Source: Owenia fusiformis (taxonomy: Eukaryota). Taken from it: 64,000 nucleotides of DNA. The notes under the pieces are model-generated. The model had not been told where the DNA came from. It was given only the letters and a program-made list of their open reading frames with translations, and searched no databases. The translations under genes were made by a program, and so were the position numbers. Each line of letters begins with the position of its first letter. The first letter of the stretch is position 1. Where the stretch lies: positions 24,924,001-24,988,000 of the forward strand of contig CAIIXF020000001.1 of the NCBI GenBank assembly GCA_903813345.2. Direction: 5' to 3'. Positions 54,769 through 64,000 of the stretch are shown piece after piece.

Positions 54769-55560
54769 AACCCAAATTAGTCCATTGTCTTGTCTCTTTC
54801 TTATTAAGGTGTGTCTTTATTTTATGAGAAAAAATTACAAAAGATCATATCCTTTAATTGGTATGTAAATTATGTTGGTATGTAAACTCAATTTATGGTG
54901 AAAAATTCCTCTTCTAAAAACCTTAAAAACTCTAGGATTTTCTAGTCACATTACCATGTTTTAAATAGCTAGTTACTTTACTGGCAATCATACCAAATGC
55001 ATAACTACATCCCAGTCATATAGTTTTAATAAACATTCATTTTGATCAAGATGGCTCAAAATACAGTTCCCTATAAAGTGGCTAGGCATCAATTATTTTG
55101 ACCTTTTTCACCCTAAATTGAGTAACAAGATCAAGCACTGGGTAAATAAATACATCTATACCAAAGCCTTGGTTTGTATTAGGTCAATAAAAGTCAATTT
55201 TAAGATAAATACAATACAAGCCAAAACAGGGAAGCGGAAATTTTTGATGATATAATCACATGACTTTTGGTCATGTTATCAACTTATCATTACAAATAGC
55301 CAGTTCAACTGCATGCCTTTGCTTTTCTCAGACCCTAGGTCCTCATTTTTCCTACCCTGGATTCTAGATTTTGGCAAATAATATTTATTTGCCAAAAGAA
55401 AAGTTTGCTTTCATTTTGTTTTTCATCATGTGTAGATCAGACCACAAACTTATGTATGAGATTTTTCAGCTTAAAGAAGTGATCGGCTAAAATTGAATGC
55501 TCTGTTGATCCACCAAGTTAGGGGACAATTATCATACCTTCCGAGAAAGTAATTGTGTTA

Positions 55561-56122
55561 AAAGTCCATCTGGCTATTGCATAGTAGCTTTAAATACAAG
55601 GTGTATCCAGCAGTCACATGCACTGTACATGTTGTGTCCAATAAGACAATTAATCAAAAGTCCATCTGACTATTGCATAGCAGCTTTAAGTACAAGGTTT
55701 ATCCAGTCACATGCGCTGTACGTGTTGTGTCCCAATAAGACAATTAATTAAAAGTCCATCTGACTATTGCATAGCAGCTCTAAGTACAAGGTTTATCCAG
55801 TAACATGCAAGTTGTACATGTTGTGTCCAATAAGACAATTAATTAAAAGTCCATCTGACTATGGCATAGCAGCTTTAAGTACAAGGTTTATCCAGTCACA
55901 TGCACTGTACGTGTTGTCCAATAAGACAATTAATTAAAAAGTCCATCTGACTATGGCATAGCAGCTTTAAGTACAAGGTTTATCCAGTCACATGCACTGT
56001 ACGTGTTGTGTCCAATAAGACAATTAATTAAAAGTCCATCTGACTATTACATAGCAGCTTAAAGTACAAGGTTTATCCAGTCACATGCAAGTTGTACATG
56101 TTGTGTCCAATAAGACAGTTAA
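55561..56122. repeat. Minisatellite, six copies of a ~94-bp unit
   Basis: AAAGTCCATCTGACTATTGCATAGCAGCTTTAAGTACAAGG... starts at 55561, 55657, 55751, 55846, 55938 and 56031. Confidence 0.92.
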
Positions 56123-56521
56123 TTTTTAACTTTAAGTTATATAATGTCCTTTTCGTAAGCATGATTGTTTCTGACTTAAGACTTATCCTAGTCTTACCTT
56201 ACAACATAAGATGGTGCCTTACATAAATGGGGGTCAATGGAGTGGATACAAATTCTATTTTTAATTGTCTTTTTGTAGGATTTGTTGCGTCAATGTCCTG
56301 CTTGGAATCAGATCTCAATCTCTTCCATAATCTACAATTTAAGAAAGTCTACATGTAAATTGAGGTGTCAAGTAAAAGTGTACATGTGTGTGATGAATAT
56401 TTAGAGGATACTCTATAATATGAAGGATATCATTTTAATCCTTGGGTGGGATAATATAGGTAGGGATCTTTAATACTTTGCTTAACTATCCTGTCGTGTA
56501 TACACTCATGAAGAAATGTTG

Positions 56522-56578
56522 AAATACCATATACAGAAGTATGCAAAAATACCATATACAGAAGTATGCAAAAATACC
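56522..56578. repeat. 25-bp exact tandem duplication just downstream of the PCTP stop codon
   Basis: AAATACCATATACAGAAGTATGCAA x2. Confidence 0.85.
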
Positions 56579-56616
56579 TGTTGCAATTTATTACAGTCTC
56601 CCCTAGAGAAGCAATG

Positions 56617-59600
56617 TTAGGTTGTCTGTTTTGACTGAAGGTACTTTGGGTAGCCTTTACAAGCTGTCTGCATTTGACTCAGAAACCCTGGAACTCCAGT
56701 CTGAAATGAATTTTAGAAAAGCATAAAGATGAATAGGGTGATATTAAAACAAGCATATTGTAAAATTGTGAATATTGTTCCAGAATTATTTCTGCACCCT
56801 CACCAAATGCCTTTTAACATTTGACAATGATGATCATTCGACTTTCACTTTTAATGTAACTCGAATGCTAAATAGTACTAAAATGCTCACAATACTCATT
56901 ATGATCTACAAGATAGTATACCTTGGCAGCCCAATTTATTAGCATGGTAGGAATGTTGCCCTTGGGATTGTCATAGTATTTCATGAATGCTGAAAAAAAT
57001 ATTTGGTGATAAAAAATATAAGTTTTCTATGTATAATTCAATTGTTTGAATCTGGTGTTTTTCTCCACTAAAGAGACCAAATCATAATATTAGACCGCTG
57101 GAACATTGAAGGAGATATCAAACTTTCATATTTCATTCACACATAGCTAGCCATTATATTCTCGTCTTTACCCCATGCAATATCTTAAGATGGTTGTATC
57201 TCGCTTAGTCATATGAGAAAATCATAAATAGTGTAGACAACTGGGTTCTCAAAAATCCTTGCAAAAAAGTTTCTGGTTGAATTTTATTCTTCATATTGTA
57301 CAAGATAATTTTGCAATGTGCGAAAATAAGTTAACCACATGATTTAGGGAATTGTGGGTGATTTAATGCATTCGTGCCTTAAATCTTAGTCTTTCAATAA
57401 TGTATCTCTCTCACTCAAAGTTTCATACAAGGCCCTCATGCTTAAAATTGCATTCAATTCATTGAGTCTTGAACTTAAACCCATTAATAAGTATCAACTA
57501 ATGTACATTCCATACCTTTTGTACCTCCCTGACCATCACTTGTTAATGCAGAGTAGGACAGATAGTCATCCACTCTGATGACCCCACTTCTCTCAGGCTC
57601 ATTACCAAATGGTTCACTTCTTGTTAAAACACAGTGGATCGTCTTCCCATCTTTCTCTATCACCCTGTATTGCCGCATGTATACATACTGATGAAGGTCA
57701 AGAAAATAACTGGTATACTGATTAGTTTGTGTGTTTTATCTGCACAAATGTTCTACATGTAGGTATATCAGGATATAGTTGATATAGGTTAGAGATGGAA
57801 GGGTATAAAATGGATGATCTGATAATATACAGCCCAGGAATAAATTAATGTTTCTCTCACCCATTTGGAAAAAAAGAAATTTATCAATTAATCATTCAAT
57901 TTAATGCTCTTCCTATATGATGGAAAGACAGCTTAGAATCATAACAGACCAAGTGTAAATTGGAGAGTAACCTTTGGTTTTAAGTCACCACCAGAAGTGG
58001 TGACATATTGTTATAGTCTCCAACTTTTTGAGTACGGTATTTGGGGGTTGGTGTTTGATGGTTGTTGTTTGGTGTCTGTATAAAATGGCAAGTGGTGACA
58101 TTTTGCATGTTAATGCCTTGTTCATTTTTAATATTACCATTGTGAATAAAGAATTCAAATAAATGCTGAAATAATTCACAAATTATATCTGAACAATATC
58201 ATCTTAACTCATTTGGGGTACTAAAATATACCAGGCTGTATATTAATACACATGTATCTAAATGTATACCTTTCATGTCATATATTTGCTATTTCTTGAC
58301 TTCATTTTCATTAATTTTATATTTGCATGCAAGTCTAGTCTTGTGTAATATTAAGGATACATCTCTATTTGACATGAAGAGGTAGCTTGGGTAGTTGACC
58401 TGCCAGTATATTCCTTCTTTGTCCCCTTCTTGGACCTCCCTCAGTTCTGTAAATAGCACATTAACAGTATCATTAGAGAGCTTTTCAAAAGATAAATGTT
58501 GGAGAATTATAACTGTATTTGAACAGTAAGGGGGTTCATTAGCCTTAAAAGTAAGCTTTCCGACATTGTTCACAAATCCTGGTAGTGCAAATTTTGTTGG
58601 ATATAATGTCAACTCAGGATTATACAGTAAGATACAATACAAAATATAATTTAATGCTGACACTGTACAAAATTACAGATTGGAATAATTATAAAATTTG
58701 ACTGTTAGTAGGAGATATTATGTAAGATATACAGTAGTACCAACATTTTTCAAATACAGTTATGAGGGGAGGGGGTCACAGATTGACTGTTCAAATACTC
58801 TTTGTAACTCTTAGTCCATGGTATGACTTCCGAATATGAAGGATCTGTAGCACACTCTAGCGCAGCAACATTTGAAGCAATATTTATGAAGGTGTACATG
58901 TCTTGATTCTTTTAAAATACCATTTGCTGAAAAAACTTCCGGCTTTCGGGTCGAAAAATCTCTTTCATCACAAGGGGTCAAAAAACGTAAATATTTTGAT
59001 TCGAACTTTTATACATTTTATAAGACACAGACCGTTATTCTTAGCATACGAACAAAAATAAATTATCATAATTTAAAAATATTCTATTTAATTTTACCGT
59101 AGATATCGATGTTTAATTAGTGTAATTATGCAAGTGTGTTTTTCAGATTTGGTTTGATTTTTCAAATATGAGCCAAGCCGATTCAACAAAATTATGTGGA
59201 ATATTTAGGTAATTTATGATTGGGAACATATTAGTTTTCTTACCATTTAAAACATTTTATTACCAGAATTTTTCCATATAATCGCAAGGGGTCTAACAAC
59301 AAATTATTGTTAATGTTTTACAAAACATAATACAATAACAAATAGGTAAGATTTATATCTAATTTTATGTTGCAGATGTATTTGAATGTTCATATATTCC
59401 AAGGGCATGTCTAATAATCAATTAGAGTCATATGCAATCGAACGCCCTGAAATTCTTCCTCGACGTTACTTGTGGCTATCATCAAGTTTTCTGATGGCTG
59501 TTTGTTTTTTGACATTACCGCTGGATACAATCAGATTTTAGGAAGATAATGATAACGATTTTTCTCAAATATTCATGAATTTGATCAAGTCTTGATGGTT

Positions 59601-62600
59601 GTTTTATAAGCAACTGAGCTATATCTAACTACGGGAAAAAGAATTTTAGCTGTAGTCCCAATTAGGCAAGGAAGAGCAATAGGCCCGCCTTTATTGATAA
59701 TTTTCACCGCTGAATAAAGGTTCATATCTCAAAACGTATTGAGACCCCTTTGTAAAAAAAACTAGCATAATTTAAACATTTGTCATATCAATATAAAAGT
59801 GATTCATTTGTAGCATTTATCTTATTAATACATCAGAAACAAAACAAAACGTCGATACACTGATTACATATTTTTGGTGTTGATAAGAAAAATAACCTCA
59901 AACTTATAGCTTAGAAACATAAATCATATATTTAAAATCATTTTTTATGATTTTCTGTTGCATTGAGTACTCCAAATTGTGAAAAATTGGGATTTTATTT
60001 TTTGGTGATTTTTTGACCTCTGTTAATGGCAGGCATAATTCAGCCTAAAAGCCGGAAGTATATTGAACGGTTATAATAAAAATTATTAGGGGACATATGT
60101 AGGTATGTTAATGTAAGGTCAAATATCGCTGCGCTATAGTGTGCTACCAACTCCTTTATTAGACGTCCTAGAGATTTCATACCATGGACTATCTACATTG
60201 AACTTTTGAGATGCACCATTGGCAATCATGCAATTGTGTATGAATGCTTTAAGGACAGTTTAATATGATACTGTCTCAGAAAATCAATATCACCCCAAGT
60301 AGAAATAATCTGTTTGTTCCATTAAATTGTAAAGACAAATGAACATGATGAAATACACTTTTTACAGTCAATACGATTAAGTTTTTTTCCATATTTCAAT
60401 ACAATTTTTTCAGACATTATGATTCAAAATAGTCTATTCCTTATCTATTTCCCTAGAAAAAGACAACCAGGTGAATATGATTTTTCAAAATCAATTATGT
60501 TCCCTGGTGTTTATTCACTGGGAAGCAATCATGGTTTCAAACATGCTTATTAATTAATTTTCTGATACCTTTAGCATAAGTGTCCCATGTCTTCCTATAC
60601 TCCAAGTCCATATAAACCTGAGCACATATATCTGGCTCTACATCCTTCATAAATCCATATATCTTGTAAGTATACAATCCTGATTGCTGGAAATGCATCA
60701 CAACACATCAAGAAAACTACTTAAACAACGATAATGATGCTATTCAAATAAAGATAAAGAACATGCATTTGATGTCTGAATGTTTTCCAATAGTGTACAG
60801 TTGTACGACTGTTTAGAAGAAAATCTACAATAGTAACATGGATCACAAAGGATCAACAACTGAACATTTGGAGGGGTATGTTTTTTATCATAACTTACAT
60901 GTAGTCGATAGAAATAATTTTTAAACAAGGCATTTATATGACAAAATGTCACCACAGCTAGTTGCTCACAATATAATGAGTTCAATCTTAAGTCAGATTT
61001 GAATTTCTGAGAACTTGTAGATGATTTTGAAAAAACAAATTGGTCAATTTGAAGCAAGTTGAAAAAATACCTTTTTTGACCCTGAGAAGATCATTGAAGG
61101 TGAAATCTCGAATCTAAAGTCAGAACTTCTGAGAATTTGTAGATTTTGAAATAAAAGATTGTTCAATTTGAAGCAAAATGAAAAAAGGCCTTGTGGACCT
61201 TGAGAAGGTTATTGAAGGTCAAACCTATAGTCCGATTTGAACTTTCGAGAACTTGGAGATGATTTTGATAAAAATGGTCAATTTGAAGCAAGTTGAAAAA
61301 AGACCTTTTGACTTTTTTTGACCTTGAGAAGATCAAATCTGAAGTCAGATTTGAACTTCTGATAACTTAAATAAATGTAGATAATTTTGAAAAAAATGAA
61401 GTCAGTTAAACAGTATTTGTAAAGTTATTGGAAGTTGTAAGACTTTGTTACAGACGCTGATCGCCAACCACCGAATCCCAACCACAGACCGCCATAAAAA
61501 AATGGAATACCATAACAATATGTCACCACTTTTTGGTTGTGACATAAGGATATTGTGTTTATTTATAATTCTCTTGAGTTTGGTGCTGCCATCTTTAAAT
61601 CGGCAACATCTACCGTATGTATGTAATGTCCAACTTTTAATTAAGACAATACTGTTACGAATGCATTTGTGCACCTTCATAAGCCATGACTAATGAAGAT
61701 AATGGACAGACAAGAAAACTCATTGAGCAAATGTTCTTCTTGAACATTTTTGCTTGACAATAATCAGAAAAATGTGTATTTGCGTGACATATTCTGTCAC
61801 ACATGACAAATTCTGTCATGCAAAAAAAACTGGGCATGATTTCAATTTCTTCAGCAAATGCGTGACAAACACACAAATTGCGGAATGGTTGGACACACAC
61901 ACAGTTGTTACGGCATAATTATATGAAACATACATGTACCTTTATGCATATATTTGCAGAATATCAGCTCAAATCCCTGTCTTAATCGATTGTTATATAT
62001 ATTATAATATAGCTAAGTAGAATTTCATTTCAAAATGGCCTCCATTTTTCTGCTGATTGCGACTGAGCTGTATAAATGAATTTGAGGTTCCTTCCAAAAT
62101 AAAATTTTGAAATATCTTAATCCAGACTATAGCAACGCTTCAACTTAAATATAATAAATATTCTTATGAATATTTATAGGCCCCTTTATCAGAATTATTA
62201 TTGCTACATATGAAATCAATGAAGTCACATCTAGCTGTAAGCTACGGTACATGTACATGTAGAGACTCAAGTAACCAAGATGAGCTGCATGTAATAAGGT
62301 GACAATCGGGAAATAAAACAGGTAACTAAGTTTCGAAAGGAACGCTGACTCAAGTGCGTGTGGACTGGACACCCACCTTTTTGGAACCCACTTCGCTCTC
62401 AGTAATGCAAACCCGAACATTTGCACCCCTATTGACATTTGATCGCTACTCCCCTCGGATATATTCTTCTTCCAGAATCATTGGTATAAAGTATGGTATA
62501 TATTTATTTATTTATTTATTTATTCATTCATTTATTTAAGTGTAACCTATCTTAAATAGCCAGTATATAAGGTATAGGTTATATATAAGTTCCATGAAGA

Positions 62601-63575
62601 TACAGTTGGGGACAAAAATAAATGACAGGTCGATTTTCGATCACCATTTCCTAAGGTGGGGGACAAAAATAAATCTCAACCCTCAAAAGTTGTCACAATG
62701 AGCTAAATTCTAAGTTTCATCTCTCAAACTCTCCCAAGTGGTAGAAAAATAATTCCCATCCACTTTAAGTAGCACAATAAATGAATCCAAAGCCTCATAC
62801 CTGTAAATGATGGATAAATCCCTACCAAATCGGACTAATGTTTTCATGAATCGCCATGTTTGTGATCCAAGGAGGATTGACTCCCAGAATGCAACATCAA
62901 GTAACCTTATTTATTCGTGACGTATTTCAAAACGGCGGAATGGCATTTTGAAAGCTGACACGTGTCATGTTGCATTCTGGGAGCCAACCCACATTGCGGC
63001 GTAATCTGGCTCCAAAATCACCTCAACATTTGAAGAGTCGGCATTAACATGTGAATTCCACATCAAATTTTTAAGTTCTTATTTGTCATTATGGACACAA
63101 ATTCCACTATATCTGGACTTACTATGACGGAGAAAATAGAGCACTGAATACACTGAGGTAAGAATTTATTACATATGCGACAACATGTAATTTCCGTAGG
63201 TTTTGTAATTCTTTATGCCCCCCACTGTAATTATGGTCATCTGAAAGCCCATAATTTCCAATATTGTCTAGATACATATCCCTTAAAATTTGTATATTTC
63301 ACATTTTGTATAATCTCATCCACTGATGTATGGCCTCTTGAAAATTCTCTTATTTTTAACATGGGAAATTCTCACTTCAGCAAATCCACCTGTCATTTAT
63401 TTATGTCCCGAACTGTAGAACGAATCTTCAAATAAATAAAATCTAAACTCACATCATTATATAGCCTATAAATTCGGACATCGTGTGACTCGGTGAAGAA
63501 TTCGTAGTCTTCTATTTGAGGCTCATCGAGTTCCTTGCATGCTTCGTCGAATTCAACTTTGCCAAACATACTCAT
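56617..63575 (-). CDS. PCTP: Phosphatidylcholine transfer protein (START-domain STARD2-like), 6 exons, 216 aa
   Basis: Exons 63575-63453, 60686-60569, 58446-58361, 57687-57516, 56989-56922, 56700-56617 sum to 651 nt in frame. Motifs FDEACKEL, IYRLY, SGLYTYKIYG, YMDLEYRKTWD, YWQVNYP, MSNRDYVYMR, SGVIRV, YYDNPKGNIP..LINWAAK, GVPGFL..M..AC match PCTP. Confidence 0.92.
57688..58360 (-). other. U12-type (minor spliceosome) GT-AG intron of PCTP
   Basis: 5' splice site GTATCCTT; branch site TTTCTTGAC with the A 11 nt from the 3' end; only cttcatcAG follows, with no long polypyrimidine tract. Confidence 0.88.
58812..60191. mobile_element. Non-autonomous TIR element, TAG termini, 3-bp TSD TCT (Academ-like), in PCTP intron 2
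   Basis: TAGTCCATGGTATGA...TCATACCATGGACTA; inner inverted blocks GTAGCACACT.TAGCGCAGC and ACTTCCGGCTTT; TCT at 58809-58811 and 60192-60194. Confidence 0.78.
60924..61547 (+). mobile_element. Helentron-associated (HINE/DINE-like) non-autonomous element with ~120-bp internal tandem repeats
   Basis: Starts AACAAG with subterminal ATGTCACCAC; about 3.5 core repeats AAGTCAGATTTGAA...TTGAAGCAAGTTGAAAAA (60990, 61117, ~61230, 61342); ACAGAC motifs; terminal hairpin ATGTCAC-cactttttggtt-GTGACAT. Confidence 0.65.
62501..62538. repeat. (TATT)n/(CATT)n microsatellite
   Basis: tatttatttatttatttatttattcattcatttattta. Confidence 0.8.
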
Positions 63576-63640
63576 CTTTGCTAGAATTAAAGTTTTTCAA
63601 TCAGTTTCAATATTACTTTTTTCAATTTTTCAATAAATCA

Positions 63641-63707
63641 ACTTCCGGTGTGGTTGACGGCAAAATTGATCACATGATCAGTCACATGATTTGTCAAAAT
63701 GGAAGTG
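63641..63707 (-). promoter_or_regulatory. Probable PCTP proximal promoter motif cluster
   Basis: 65-130 bp upstream of the ATG: ETS-type CCGGAAGT (63641-63648, minus strand), two TCATGTGA E/M-boxes (63670-63677, 63682-63689), CAAAATGG (YY1-like) and GGAAGTG. Confidence 0.45.
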
Positions 63708-64000
63708 AAAAAGAGAAACGGGATAAGTTGTTTCTCCAACATCATATATAAAATACTCGTTCTTTACATCTTAACATTGTGTCTCAGTAACACAAACGGA
63801 TACGTAAATGTTTTAAATCACAGAAAAAACGATATTTTGACTGATCAGCCACAGCATTATAATGATCACAGAGAAACTCCAAACCGACTTCACTTTGTTG
63901 GTTTTGACATGAACAACAAAAAGAGACAAGTTGCTGAGGAAAATATGACATTTGAACAAAAGATGGTAGATAGAATAAAATATGTTAATTTTCGAGATGC

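Noticed and set aside
55561-56122. CRISPR-like regular repeat
   Set aside because: The whole 94-bp unit is repeated with no unique spacers; eukaryotic context and no cas genes.
60740-63435. Short ORFs in PCTP intron 1 (60740-61057, 61402-61900, 62145-62539, 63175-63435)
   Set aside because: No recognisable protein features; they overlap repeats, and the PCTP frame is complete without them.

Overview
AT-rich genomic DNA from a metazoan, probably a marine invertebrate (species not determinable), with two convergent spliced genes. (1) + strand, 1..53115, 5' end upstream of the window: a giant MUC4-like type-I transmembrane mucin. I reconstructed 27 exons by hand with consistent GT-AG phases, giving >=10,837 aa inside the window. 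It has two Thr/Ala/Asp/Val repeat exons (>=3.4 kb and one 23,841-nt exon) built from a 141-bp/47-aa unit, then NIDO-AMOP-VWD(GDPH)-Ig/cadherin-like-~12 EGF-SEA-like-2 EGF-TM and a cytoplasmic tail ending EEYF. (2) - strand, 63575..56617: a 6-exon, 216-aa phosphatidylcholine transfer protein (PCTP/STARD2-like) with a U12-type GT-AG intron. The introns hold non-autonomous DNA transposons: two CAC-ended elements with 5-bp TSDs (Transib-like), two TAG-ended elements with 3-bp TSDs (Academ-like; one is a foldback carrying ~370-bp repeats and is nested in a Transib-like element), a Helentron/HINE-like element and palindromic MITEs. The huge antisense ORFs and the many Gln/Leu-rich ORFs are shadows of the mucin repeat. 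No database searches were run; family assignments come from motif recognition.
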